A stretch of 64,000 bases of DNA from Squalus acanthias (lineage: Eukaryota), in assembly GCA_030390025.1 (NCBI GenBank), contig CM059425.1, forward strand, positions 174,222,001 to 174,286,000, written 5' to 3'. Position 1 is the first letter of the stretch. The number at the start of each line of letters is the position of its first letter. The position numbers were made by a program, and so were the translations under genes. Positions 25,468 to 38,975 of the stretch are shown here, one piece after another. The notes under the pieces are model-generated. The model was not told the origin of the DNA and searched no databases. It saw nothing but the letters and a program-made list of their open reading frames with translations.

Positions 25468-27472
25468 GGCCATAAAATTCGGCCTGTTTGCGCTGGCCGA
25501 TAAGGCTGGTTTGGATGAAAAAGTGGCGGCCGCCTCGCTTCTGCTCACTTCCAGCGTGGAACATGGCAGCCGCCATTTTGCCTGCGCTCGCTCTAGATAT
25601 GGAAATAAGGCAGATTGTGACGTCAATCAACGTGCAACGCTGAATTGATGCACGATCTGGTATTTTGGAAGTCGCCGCTCCTTTTAACGCCCTCTCCACA
25701 GCACGCATAGCAGAACATACGTGCAGCTGTACAATGGACCCCCCTACCAGCGCTTCTTAAAGGGACACTCACAACTTTCAGGTAAGTTTAGATTTTTGCT
25801 TTTGTACTGGCTTCTTTACATTTTATTGTAGTGGCTTGGTGTAATACATTTAAAAAGTTAAAGTGTGCAGGGAGTGCTGCTGGACATTTGCAAGGCTTTG
25901 GCTCTTAAAGGAAGGCCTCAGAACACCACTTGCTCCAAGTCCTGGGGGCTCTAGTTGCAGTCCCCCTTGGGCTGCAGCATGACATGGAGATGGAGCAGAT
26001 GCAGCAAAGGGGACAAGCTGCTCGCAGAGGGAGGAGGAGGAAGAAAAGGTGGAGGAGGAGGAAGCAGATAACCCAGACGGCCCCTTTCTGGCCGGGATAT
26101 CCAGGATCGAATCATCCGCCTGTGGTACCAGTGAACACAACCCCAATTCCCTTTTCAACATTTGTCCCACACCTTACACAGCATCCTCTTGGCCACAATG
26201 CTGAAATAAAAGCCACCACAAAGCAAACTTTCCAATCCAACTTTATCCATATATGCAACCAATATTACATTAAAAAATCAACTAATCACCCTTGTGTATT
26301 CCCTTAGTAAGTGTCTTGCGTGTACATTTTCCTATCCTAGTGCACTTACGCAGTGCTACCCCAGTGGCTGCAGCATGGCTGGTGGAAGGCTACTGAGTTT
26401 CACTGGGGGAGACTGCAGGTGGCCTTGCAGAATGACTTTGAGGAGCTGGTTTCTGGGAGTGTGAAATCGAGTGACGGTGTTTCTTCTTCTTCACTCTCCT
26501 CTCCCTCTTGTTGACCCACTGGCTGGGCAGGCTGGATTTCTTGGGTGTCTGAAATGAGGAAGGCACAATGGTAGGGTTGTGGTGAGGGGAGGTGGGTAAA
26601 GCAAGAGGTGCATGCGGACACAATGTGCAGATTGTAAATCAAAAGATATTGTGGGATGAGGGGGAAGTGGGATGTGAGAAGGAGGATAACGTATGAGGAT
26701 ACCGGCATCTTGTATTCTTTCAGCTCCACCGCTGGCCAAGGGCTCAGCCGTGCCCATGCCAAGAATGGCCAGCACCGGCTCCTCCAAGCGTGTGAGGTGT
26801 TCCTCATGTTTGGAAGAGATTGTTGATAAGTGAGTAATGGGGGGTGTGGTGGGTTGAGGTCGTACATTGAGCAGTGTGTGAGGCTAGTGGTGCAGTTGGT
26901 AGAAGACAGCTTTTGAAGATGCATTCACTGACCTTGACCACTCCTCTGAGGTTATGAAACTTCTTTGGGCCCTGGAGCCACGTCCCGGGGACAACGCTGC
27001 TGGTAGTGACCACCTTGGCAATCTGGTCCTACATCCTTCTTTCTGGAGGGTCTCCTGGCCCCCTGTGGGTAGAGGACCTCTCTTCCTCTGTTCACCCCCT
27101 GCACAAAGCTCGAGTGCTGCGTCTGAGACCCAGGGTACCCTTTCTCTGGCCTGTTGAGCCATTTGGGTTAGTGCTGAAACTACCATTTTTCATCAGCAGT
27201 AGGCATCTCACCTTTAAGAGCTGCAGACAGCCATTTTGCATCATCAGAAAGCAGCTCACCTTTAAGAAGTGCAGACTGCCTTTAAGACACTTAAAGCTAG
27301 CTTCACTCGAACCTTGGGAACTTCGGCCCCTTGCTGAGCGCACAGCAGCTCATTCAGCGCTAGGCTGTACACTGCAAATCATTATAATTAGCAGGCAGCA
27401 CGAAGTTCACGTGCTGTCTGCGCTCCTTGATATGCCAACGCCTGTTTTTCAGCGGTGTGGAATTTCACCCCC
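25468..27472. mobile_element. Internally deleted Harbinger transposon (transposase largely deleted; Myb/SANT remnant on the minus strand)
   Basis: Imperfect TIRs GGCCATAAAATTC / GAATTTCACCCCC; TSD AGT (25465-25467, 27473-27475); MAQQARERVPWVSDAALE, WLQGPKKFHNL. Confidence 0.85.
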
Positions 27473-28139
27473 AGTATCTTTAGCTAACAGTGACATGGCT
27501 AGGAACCTACATAAACCTGATGCACTGGCTTCTATCACAGACACAAGGCTTCAATGAAAAACATTGTTGCAGGCAGGCTGCTCTTCACATTGAAATGCAC
27601 TGACCTCCTTGTTCAAGTTTGCAAAGTCAGGTCATTTATATTATTAGAATATGCTCTCTGCATACATTGGACCAGGTGTAGGGAACCAGGTGGAGGCGAT
27701 GGGATTGGGGAGGTGAAAAATCATCCATCCTCCAGAAAGGCTGAAAATAGTTTTAAATATTTCTCAGCTGTTCCAAAAGTTATATGCTGGGTGGGGGAAG
27801 AAGTAACAGGAAATAAAAAACAGAAAATGTCTTTGTGTCAGTACGTTTGATCATTGTAAAAAAAAGTTTTAAATGTCTTCATTACGTTACAAACCTTATT
27901 TCCAGTAGTTTTTTAGTAGTGTTTTTATTAGATATTTTACCATATTTTTGACATTTTTATTATATTGTATGAAAAATTTGGGGAGCCAATTCATTTTAAC
28001 TCAGGGTAAATCTGTTTTGCCTGAAATACAGTATTTCATGGTTGAGACGATACAAGATGAAAGGAGACGTGCCAGGGAAATCTACAGGCACCAGACTATA
28101 TCTGTAGACCGTAACATACTTCCCTGCCAATTATCAACA

Positions 28140-28900
28140 ACAAGTGGCTTAGCTTGCTCAGGGTCAATAGGAAGTCATTTGCAGAGCTTTGCCATCTGCA
28201 GCCAGTACACCATTCAGCCAAGTTGCAATATACAGTTAGCACCGTGTGATTGGCAAGGTAAGTAATGCCCCTTTGTGTTATGCCTGTGGCTCATTCCTGG
28301 CCAGCACTGCTGTAACAGCTAATGTACTGCTCACATATAAATCAAACAGGTGTGTGATGCATTAATCAGCATGTCTCACACTTCCATCTTTTTTATTGCA
28401 TAGCCTTAAATGGTTCCCAATGTCACTGCACTGCTGCATTTTCCAGAATACAAGGAATTGCAGATGGCTGCCATATGCCCAACCTGAAGCCCATCCTGAG
28501 GGTTTCAGTAAGCTTCCATGATTGTGTTACAATCATTTGATGTGTGAATTCCTTGGAAGATATGAGCATGGCAAGGCTTTCAACAATTATAAGTTGCAGT
28601 TTGAATATGTGGCTTGCTGAGATGCAATGAAAGAGCTGTAAGGTGTATGGGCATGGCATGGCATGGGTGATCAGTAGATATGCAATAAAGTGACAGACAA
28701 CATTTTGAGGTGCACAATCTTGGGCCATCAGCCTAGCACATGAATGTTGGGTAGTATTACCGTGCCATATTACAATATTCTGCATTTCTTTCTGTGGGTC
28801 TCAGATACTGTATGTAGCCTGGCTATCACCTCTTGCCAGGCATTGCACACTGCTGTTTTATGGAAAGGGTGCTCTAGAGTGCCAAACAGGACCCTGCTCA
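28140..28900 (+). pseudogene. Highly decayed Harbinger/HARBI1-like transposase
   Basis: Hand translation gives WLSLLRVNRKSFAELCHL (cf. WxxxFRMxxxTFxxLC), then GFPNV-like and GIADGCHMP (cf. GAIDGTHIP); frameshifted. Confidence 0.55.
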
Positions 28901-29170
28901 TGCAGCAACATGTCCACTTCATCAACCATCAAACAGGAAGTCAGAACTGCAATGTTCTGCCATTTACCCCCATTTTGTGCCTCAACATTAGGTTCACCTT
29001 CCCTGGCTTTTTGCTTGCCATTTCTTTCCAACCTCTCCACACCCCAATATGCCCTTTGGAAATGCTGACAAATATTTAATAACTATATTCAGCTTTTCTG
29101 AAAGTTGGACTATTTTTACCCTCCTACCTCATCCCAGTATGTTCGCTGCACCTGGCCTAATTTGCACATT

Positions 29171-29570
29171 AGAAAGACTTGCATTTATATAGCGCCTTTC
29201 ACAACCTCAGGACCACCCAAAGCGCTTTACAGCCAATGAAGTATATTTGAAATTTAGTCACTGTTGTAATGTTGGAAACGCGGCAGCCAATTTACACACA
29301 GCAAGGTCCCACAAACAGCATTGTGATAATGACCAGATCATTTGCTTTTAGGTGTTGGTTGAGGGATAAATATCGGCCAGGATAATCGGGAGAGCTCCTC
29401 TGCTCTTATTCGAAATAGTGCCATGGGATCTTTTACGTCCACCTGAGAGGGCAGACGGAGTCTCTGTTTTACGTCTCATCCGAAAGACAGCACCTCCGAC
29501 AGTGCAGCACTCCCTCAGTGTTGCACTGGAGTGTCAGCCTAGATTTTGTGCTCAAGACCCTGGAGTCGGA
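29171..29570 (-). mobile_element. DeuSINE (SacSINE1/AmnSINE1-related) with L2-type 3' tail
   Basis: Minus strand carries Deu-domain-like GCTGTCTTTCGGATGAGACG...TCTCAGGTGGACGTAAAAGATCCCATGGCACTATT and tail GCGCTATATAAATGCAAGTC. Confidence 0.85.
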
Positions 29571-29727
29571 GCATATTCTAATAACACAAATGACCTGATT
29601 GTGCTATTTTGAGAAAGGTGACACCAGTGCACTTCTCATTGCAGTAGCTCCTGTGGGTTTTTATATACTAGTGAATCCATCATGGCATGACTCATGGCGA
29701 GTCAGTGGGTATGCTGTTTTATAACAA

Positions 29728-30010
29728 TAGGAGTAGGGGTCATAGTCTCGGGATGAGGGGTCGGCCATTTAGGACTGAGATGAGGAGAAATTTCTTCACT
29801 CAGGGTTGTGAATCTTTGGAGAGGGCTGTGTATGCTCAATCGATGAATATATCAAGACTGAGATCGATAGATTTTTGGGCACTAAGGGAATCAAGGGATA
29901 TGGGGCTAGGGCGGGAAAGTGGAGTTCATGTAGAAGTTCAGCCATGATATATTGAATGGCGGAGCAGGCTCGACGGACTGTATGGCCTACTCCTGCTCCT
30001 ATTTCTTATG
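29728..30010 (+). mobile_element. CR1 3' end
   Basis: RGHSLGMRGRPFRTEMRRNFFTQ plus 3'UTR stem-loop and tttcttatg tail. Confidence 0.88.
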
Positions 30011-30928
30011 TTATTAAATGGAAGTTTAGTTGAAGCAGCAACCCTAAAGATACTGTGGGCTGAGTGTTTGGCTGCAGACATAGTACAGGCACCCTCTTGC
30101 TTTGAGTTGACATTCATTAGTGTTCTCTATCTTGGCACTCTTTCTCAGTCCAGATTTAAAAAAATTCTGATTTGCATTGGGGGAACCACATTTATATTAT
30201 TGGTTACGTCCCGCCATGCTTACTGTGTATTGGAGGACTTTCCTCCACAAATTTGCCAGTTTTTGGGCTAAGAACTGTCAGCACAATTTCCTCCACCTGC
30301 CGCATGCAAATGACAGCAGGAGGCACGATTTGCTGGAGGTATTACGTCACTCATGGATGATCAGCACAACCAGTGCAGAGATGCCAGATTATTCAGGCAC
30401 CATAAATGTCCTTTGGCTCGATTCCCCCCAGTACCCATGCCTCCATGTCTACATATGTATGCAAGAGTACTTCAATTTCACTGCTCGGCAATGCTTCAGA
30501 AGGCTATGCTTCCCTCAAGTTTAAAACCGAGTTATGCTAGTTGCCCGCCAGCTGTGAGCAGAGCTTATAAGGGAGACCTTCAGCTAAGTAAAATCTAAGC
30601 CCACTGGCAAATGAGTCTTGGCATAATGTTCCTCCTTTGGCAACAAACTCATTCTCTTGCTGACAAGTAGCTCTCCTCCATAACTACCAAGGCTCCCATT
30701 TGTAAAACATTCTGTTCCTTCACCTCACAGGTGTTCCCAACCTTGGCCCAACTCATTCCGCACATATCCTGTCTGTGACCAAAACATTTTAATGAAAACT
30801 AATGTCTTACCTTCCTACTGCTTATGATCATAGTGAAAAGGCACAAAATAGTATGCCCTTTAGTGCCTACTACTGTTTGCGCTTTCAATTTTAACCTCCT
30901 ACTTTTGAGGTGATAGACTGATGCTTTT

Positions 30929-33900
30929 AACATAAGAACATAAGAAATAGAAGCAGGAGTAGGCCAATCGGCCCCTCGAGCCTGCTCCGCCATTCAATAA
31001 GATCATGGCTGATCTGATCCTAACCGCCAATCTACTATCTATCACAGAACCATCTCCTGCATCTAACAGAATTGCACACACGAAATAGGAGCAGAATCAG
31101 GCTACACAGTCCCTGGGCCCGCTCCACTACCCACAGGGCCATGACCGATCCGAACCTAGACTCATGTCCAAATTCCTGCCCGCTCCCCGTAACCCTTAAT
31201 GCCCTTTACTTCTAGGAAACTGTCTATTTCTGTTTTAAATTTAATTAATGTTGTAGCTTCTACAGCTTTTTGTGGCAGCATATTCCATGGACCTACCACC
31301 CTCTGAGTGAAGTAGTTCCTCCTCATCTCAGTTTTGAAAGAGCAGCCCCTTATTCTAAGACTATGTCCCCTAGTTCTCGTCTCACCCGTCATCGGGAACA
31401 TCCTCCCCGCATCCACCCGATCCAACCCCTTCACAATCTTATATGTTTCAATAAGATCGCCTCTCATTCTTCTGAACTCCAATGAGTAGAGTCCCAATCT
31501 ACCCAACCTCTCCTCATATGACCACCCCCTCATCCCCGGGATTAACCGAGTGAACCTTTTTTGCACTGCCTCGAGAGCAAGGATGTCTTTCCTTAAGTAA
31601 GGACACCAAAACTGTATGCAGTATTCCAGGTGCGGTCTCACCAATACCTTGTACAACTGAAGCAATACCTCCCTATTTTTATATTCTATCCCCCTAGCAA
31701 TGAAAGCCAACATTCCATTTGCCTTCTTAATCACTTGCTGCACCTGCATACTAACCTTTTGAGTTTCGTGCACCAGGACCCCCAGATCCCTTTGCACTTC
31801 AGTACTCTCCAGTTTCTTGCCATTAAGATAATAAATTGCTCTAGGATTTTTCCTGCCAAAGTGCATCACCTCACACTTTCCAGTGTTGTATTCCATCTGC
31901 CAAATCTCTGCCCACTTACTTAGCCTGTCTATGTCCCCTTGCAGGTTTTTTATGTCCTCCTCACTCACTACTTTCCCTCCAATCTTTGTATCATCTGCAA
32001 ATTTTGATATGTTACACTTGGTCCCTTCCTCCAAATCGTTAATATAGATTGTGAAGAGTTGGGGACCCAGCACTGACCCCTGTGGAACACCACTAGTTAC
32101 TGATTGCCAGTCTGAGAATGAACCATTTATCCCAACTCTTTGCTTTCTGTTAGATAGCCAATCCTCTATCCATGCCAGAATATTACCCCCAATCCCGTGA
32201 TTTTTTACCTTAAGCAATAATCTTTTGTGTGGCACCTTGTCAAATGCCTTTTGGAAGTCTAAATACACTACGTCCACTGGTTCCCCTTTATCCACTCTAT
32301 ATGTTACTTCCTCAAAGAACTCCAGCAAATTTGTCAAACATGACTTCCCCTTCGTAAAACCATGCTGACTTTGTCCTATTAAATTATGATTATCCAAATG
32401 TCCTGTTACTGTTTCCTTAATAATGGACTCCAAAATTTTACCTACCACAGATGTTAGGCTAACCGGTCTATAGTTACCAGCCTTCTGTCTACTGCCCTTT
32501 TTAAATAAGGGTGTTACATTAGCAGTTTTCCAGTCTGCCGGGACCTTAGTTAGACCAGGGAGTTTTGAAAAATTATTACCAATGCATCTACAATCCCTAC
32601 CGCCACTTCCTTCAAGACTCTAGGATGTAAGCCATCAGGTCCAGGTGATTTATCCGCCTTGAGTCCCATTATTTTACCGAGTACCACTTCCTTAGTGATT
32701 TTGATCGTGTTTAGCTCCTCTCCCCCTATAGCCCCCTATTTGTCCAGTGTTGGGATATTCTTAGTGTCCTCTACTGTAAAGACTGATACAAAATATTCAT
32801 TCAGTGTTTTTGCCATCTCCATATTTCCCACCATTAATTTCCCGGTCTCATCCTCTAAGGGACCAACATTTACTTTAGCCACCCTTTTTCTTTTTATATA
32901 ACTATAAAAACTCTTACTATCTGTTTTTATATTTTTTGCTAATTTACTTTCATAATCTATCTTCCCTTTCTTAATCAATCTTTTTGTTATTTTTTGCTGC
33001 CTTTTAAAGTTTTCCCAATCCTCTGTCCTCCCACTTGATTTCGCTACCTTATATGCCCTTGTTTTTAGTCGAATACTATCCTTAATTTCTTTACCTAGCC
33101 ACGGATGACTGTCCTTTCTTTTACACCCTTTTCTTTTCAGTGGAATATATTTTTTTTGGAAGTTGTAAAATAACTCCTTGAATGTACACCACTGATCATG
33201 TGTCGTCTTACCCTTTAATCTATTTTCCCAATCCACTCTACTCAATTCCGCTCGCATACCTTCATAGTCTCCTTTATACAAGCTTAGCACGCTTGTTTGA
33301 GATCCAACCTTCTCACCCTCTAATTGAATATGGAATTCAACCATGTTATGGTCACTCATTCCAAGGGGATCCTTTACTAGGACATTTTTAATTAATCCTG
33401 TCTCGTTACACAGGACCAGATCTAAGGTTGCTTGCCCCCTGGTCGGTTCAGTTACATACTGCTCAAGAAACCCATCCCTAATACACTCAATGAACTCATC
33501 CTCAAGGCAGCCCTGCCCCATTTGATTTGTCCAATTAATATGATAGTTAAAATCCCCCATAATTATAGATGTTCCCTTATTACATGCCTCAACTATTTCC
33601 TGATTGATACTCCGTCCAATAGAGTTGCAACTGTTCGGAGGCCTATAGACTACGCCCACTAATGTTTTTTTCCCCTTATTATTCCTTATCTCCACCCAAA
33701 CTGTTTCATTATCATGATTTTTTGACCCAATATCATTACTCTGTATTACAGTGATTCCTTCCTTTATTAACATAGCCACCCCACCTCCCCTTCCTTCCTG
33801 CCTGTCCTTCCTGATCGTTAAATAACCTGGTATGTTTAATTCCCAGGCATTGTCACCCTGCAGCCATGTTTCTGTAATGGCCACAATATCATAACCATAT

Positions 33901-33990
33901 GTAGTTATTTGTGCCATTAACTCGTCTATTTTGTTACGAATGCTACGTGCATTCAGATAGAGAACTTTCAAATATGCTTTGTGGCACTTA
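30929..33990 (-). mobile_element. CR1 LINE with near-complete ORF2 (APE endonuclease plus RT)
   Basis: ORF 33971-32736 (YLNARS, ITETW, MGDFN, SDHN) and ORF 32448-31162 ([20 protein letters not shown]), separated by one TAG (32736-32738) and one frameshift near 32550; (AACATAAG)n tail. Confidence 0.95.
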
Positions 33991-35287
33991 GTTCCTGCTT
34001 TTTCACTTTTTTTCCAGCAGGAGGCGTGGGGAGGGAGGGTGGGGGTTGAGTTGGCATCGCCTGTTGTTCCCCCTTCAAGAAGAAAGTAGAAAGTGTAAAG
34101 ACACTCTGTGTGCCATCATATGAAATACAACCCAGGAATCAGAAAGCATTCCTCAATGGGCGGTGAGAAGATGTGATGGAAAGAAGAAACAAAGGAACTC
34201 TTGCAGGAGAAGCAAGGGATATCAGGAGTATTGATGCTGTTAACACAGTGAGGGTAAGGTGGCTATAACTGGGAAACCTGTTTATTGCAGTGCACTGTTG
34301 CAATGTCTGACTGCCCCCTGTTACTTTCACTACTTTGGAAAAGTCAATTAACTTCTTCTAGCATTGAATAGCTGCATGGGGGCAGCTGGAGGTCGTGATC
34401 ACTGCCAAAGCCACTTCCTTCCACTGGGCCTGAATCATGCCCTTTGTGTTCCTCCTTCCGTCAGGGCCAAGTAACTGGGTCCTCCTTTACAGTGACACCT
34501 CAACTAAGTGTCCTTCAATTTGGGGCTTGGTGCCCTGAAGAACCACCAGCTTCAGACATTGGAGTGAGCCAAACTGTCCTTTGGCTGTTGCAGGATCAGG
34601 TTTTCTTTCCACCACCTCTCCCCCTAAGTCAGACTCCCTATATCGGGCAGTAATCGTGCCAGGAGTCTACCGTGAATATTTAATGAAGGTGCACTGAGGA
34701 AAATTGGTCTGGTTGCCAGTGGTATAACACTGGCAGAAAGGCGGTTACAATCTTATTTCGGTGGTAACCTCGTCAAGGAAGAAAATCTTGACCTATGTGT
34801 GCAGATCAGCACGGTGAGAATAAGCCAAATTTTGCCCCAACTGTAGAATTGGTGCTTTTGTGCCATCTAGTCATACAAGCAAATTCGGTGGGGTAGAAAT
34901 TGGGCTCTGTAACGCCCATTTCTTAGGCTCTATGCGGCCTCCTAATGGTGGAAAATGTTGTTCGAGATTCTGACGGGAAGTGTGCCGGATGCCATCTTGG
35001 TAAAGGGGTACGTGCACCTAACGACCACCGGCAGCATGCAGATGAGGCAGATTATGATGTCAATCAGTGTGCAACGCTAATTTGATGCCAGCGCTGCCAC
35101 TTTTGAATGTCATGTTCCAGCCTACGTCCTGTCTTAACCTTGCACAGCTGAACACAAAGTTAAATGGCATGAAGGAGCCCCCACCAGCGCTACTTAAAGG
35201 GATCATGAACTATTTACAGATTAGTTGCTGGATTATTTCTTCTGGCTGCTGGTGCAATTGCATGTGTTTTTGGAGCTTTCCTATACT

Positions 35288-35866
35288 AGAGAGGTACCAC
35301 CAACGCTGCCTCCGCAAGATCTTGCAAATCCATTGGCAGGATAGGCACACCAACATCAGTGTTCTCGCTCAGGCCAACATCCCCAGCATCGAAGCTTTGA
35401 CTACGCTCGATCGGCTCCGATGGATGGGCCACATCGTCCGCATGCCCGATACGAGACTCCCAAAACAAGCGCTCTACTCGGACCTCCGACGTGGCAAGAG
35501 AGCCCCAGGTGGGCAGAGGAAGCGCTTCAAGGACACCCTCAAAGCCTCCTTGGAAAAAGTGCTACACCCCCACCGACACCTGGGAATCCCTGGCCCAAGA
35601 CCGCACAAAGTGGAGGAGAAGCATCCGGGAAGGTGCCGAACACCTCGAGTCTCTTCACCGGGAGCAAACGGAAGCCAAGCGCAAACAGCGGAAGGAGCGC
35701 ACGTCAACTCAAGCACCCCACCCACCCCTTCAACCACCGTCTGCCCCACCTGTGACAGAGACTGTCCACCTGTAGGTCCCGCATTGGACTCATCAGTCAC
35801 CTGAGAACTCATTTTTAATGTGGAAGCAAGTCATCCTCGGTTCCGAGGGACTGCCTAAGAAGAAGA
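35288..35866 (+). mobile_element. RTE-clade LINE 3' end inserted in Harbinger
   Basis: RLRWMGHIVRMPDTRLPKQALY, GGQRKRFKDTLK; 3' hairpin and (AAG)n tail; TSD ATACT (35283-35287, 35867-35871). Confidence 0.9.
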
Positions 35867-35970
35867 ATACTTGCCTAAAGTTTGAATAGACTACAGGGAG
35901 TGGTCTGGCTGGAGCTTAAGTACTTTTTTGTTTATTTAAAAGCTTGTGCTGAAACAAGTTGCTTCCAGAC

Positions 35971-37110
35971 ATGGGTGGCCTGGTAGGCCTTCCTCTTGGA
36001 ATTGAGCATGACTGGGAGAATGAAGAGAAGCAATGCAGCTAGAAGAGGGAGGAGGGGGAGAAGGGCTCTCAGCAGAAGGCCATATCCACCGAGCGTCTGT
36101 AGGGAGCAATTCTCTTACCTCAACTTCAGTGAGGACCAATGCTTGAGACATATTCACTTCACTAAAGAGGTCGTGACTGAAATCTGGCAACTCCTGCAGC
36201 CACAACTGCAACTTCAAAGCAGGGCAAGGACAGCATTGCCTGTGGCTGTCAAGGTGTCAAGGTGACCGTGGGTCTTAACATTTATGCATCTGGCTCCTTC
36301 CAGGCTGCTGCTGGAGGTATAAGCAACATCTCACAGTTTGCAGTACACTGCTGCATAAGGGAGAGAGCTGTTGCATACACAAAGACAGCTTCATCTCATT
36401 CCCTCTTGCCAAAGACAAGCAGACAGAGCGAGCACAAGGGTTTGCATGGATTGCAGGCTTCCCTATGGTGCCAATGATTGCGTGCACATTTTCATGAACC
36501 AAAAGGGATTCCACTCCCTCAATGTGCAGCTGGTGTGCAACCACAGGCAGCGCATCATGCAGGTGAATTCCCGTTATCGTGGCAGTAGTCACAATTCCTT
36601 CATTCGGCAGCAGTCCTCTGTACCACCTGTATTTGACCCACCATGGCAAGCCAAAGGTTGGCTACTGGGCGACAAGGGTTATCCACTCGTGACATGGCTC
36701 ATGACTCCAGTCTGGAACCCACACACACGTGCACAGCAGGCATACAATAGGAGCCATGCTACCACAAGGAACATTCTAGCGCACACCATCGGCGTCCTCA
36801 AGCAACGCTTCCGCTGCCTGGAACTCTCTGGTGGAGCCCTGCAGTACTCAGCTGACCGAGTATCAAGATTTGTGGTAGTATGCTGCATGCTGCGCAACCT
36901 CGCCATTACGAGGGAACAGTCCTTGCCAGCACCAACAGGCGAGAAGCTGAGGAGCAGGAGCACAAGAAAGAGGCGGAGGAGGAAGTGGAGGAGGAGGAGG
37001 AAGTGCACAGGAAGTGGAGGAACAGGAAGAAGAAGGGAGGCCACAATGTAGAGACAGCCCCTTTCTGCCTGGACTCTACATGATGAAATAGTTAATGAGT
37101 GATACTAGTA
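35971..37110 (+). pseudogene. Harbinger DDE transposase (HARBI1-like), frameshifted
   Basis: GANDCVHI, NQKGFHSLNVQLVC, WLLGDKGYP, YNRSHATTRNILAHTIGVLKQRFRCL; the third catalytic residue appears to be E>A. Confidence 0.9.
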
Positions 37111-37337
37111 ACTTCAACCATACCTTCCCATTCACCAACAGTCCCACGCTCCTTACCTTTCCTCTATCACTGACCATCACATTGTCCTCTTTCCAATAAC
37201 GCAAAAATAAAAACCACCAGAAAAGGTACTTTGCAATCCAAATTTATAAATTCAATCATGACATAATGCATACAAAAATAAACTAATCACCCTCGTGCAT
37301 TCCTATAGTGCCTGTCTTCTGTGTGCCTTTGCCTCTC

Positions 37338-38975
37338 CTAGTGCTCCTGGAGCTTCCCCAGTGGCTGCAACATGGGTGGTTGAAGGCTGCTGACCTTCAA
37401 TTGAGGAGACTGCAGGTGGCCTTGGAGGGTGACATAGAGCAGCTCTGGGCCTAGAAGGCCCGGCTTCAGACTGCACCATCTCGGCCTAGTCTGCAGCAGT
37501 CTGGGCTGGCTGGCTGACTGGCAACAGCAAGGGCACTGGTGGAGTGGCAGGGGTGGGAGCAGGAATGTTGTCAACCTGAGAGAGGACAGCAGGTTCGTGG
37601 TCCATTCAGCCACTGCTACTCTCCCGGGGCGGCACCTCAGTAATCCTACTGAACTGTTGGAGAACAGATTGATGGGCTGCTGTGACTGCCTGGAAGTCCC
37701 TTTGAACAGTGGTATCCAGAGCCATGATGGCAGCAGTCTGAGTTTGCAAGACTTCCACTGCAGCACTCAGACCTTTGATGGAAGCTGTTTGTGGTGCAAT
37801 GGAAGCTATGACATCGGCCATCAGACGCCGCATCATGGTGGTGGGTTCAACAGATGTGCTGATGGAGGTGACCACCCATTCCATGTTGGAAAGGATGGGC
37901 TCCAAGCTCTGCGCAAAGTCCTGTGCTAAGTTGGTGCTGGACTCCTCCATGCTCCTTGACATTGAGCACAGGCTTTCTACAGACTTTCCAGTACACCAAG
38001 CATTTGTTTATGTACACCCATCAGCCGCCTTCTGTAGCTTGGCCAATCAAAATCCTCATCTGACTCCTCTGCAGCAGAACTAGTGTCCGACCTTGCCCAC
38101 TGGCAAGCTGGCACCTGCGCTATCCTTTTCCCCTAACCTGGCTCCTGCGCACTTGTGCCCGGTGTCTCACCACGTGCATAGCCATCCTCTATCCTACCTC
38201 TAAAATACGTGCAATGTCAGTGTCTGAGCTGGTGGCTGCAAGTGTAAGATTGAGTGACAGTGTCTCTTCATCTTCACTGTCTTCTTCCTCTTCCTCCACT
38301 GACTGGGAAGGCTCCAGTTCTTGGTATCTGAAATAAAAAAGGGACAAGGGTTGGGTTGTGGTGAGGGGAGAGGAGAAAGTAAGAAGTGCTTGCTTACACC
38401 ATCTGCAGCTTCTAAGTCAGAAGAGATTGCAGAATGAGGGGGAAGTGGGATGAGAGAAGGAGGATTAGGTAAGCAGATAACCTAGTCATCGATCAGCCCC
38501 GCCAGTGTCAATGCCCTCAGTGATGCCCCTTCCCATGATGGGGAGCACTGCCTCCTCCATGGGGGTTAAAACATGCAGGCGCACTTGTCCTCCTCCAGTA
38601 CACTACTGTAGTGGGTGAGGTAAAGCATATGAATTCTAGGGTTTAGTACTGATTGATAGAGATTGTTGGTTAGTGGGTGATTGGGGTGTAGTGAATTGAG
38701 CAGTGGATGAGGCTAGTGGTGCAGTTGGTAGGATATGCCATTTGAAGATTGAACTCGCTCATCTTGACAACTCATGTCAGATCATTAAACTTCTTCCTGT
38801 ATTGCATCCATGTTTTTGGAGCAACACTCCTGGCATTGACCACCTCCACTACTTGTTCCCACTGCCTCCTGAGGGCCTCCTGTCCCCTGCAGATTCTTCT
38901 TTCCACCTCTTCCACCAAGACCTCCAGTGCATTGTCTGGAAACCTTGGTGCTCGCTCCCCCGCATGTTCAGCCAT
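37338..38975 (-). pseudogene. Harbinger partner Myb/SANT-like DNA-binding protein, multi-exon, decayed
   Basis: MAEHAGERAPRFPDNALEVLVEEV...RRQWEQV...TWMQYRKKFNDLT followed by acidic and coiled-coil-like segments. Confidence 0.85.
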
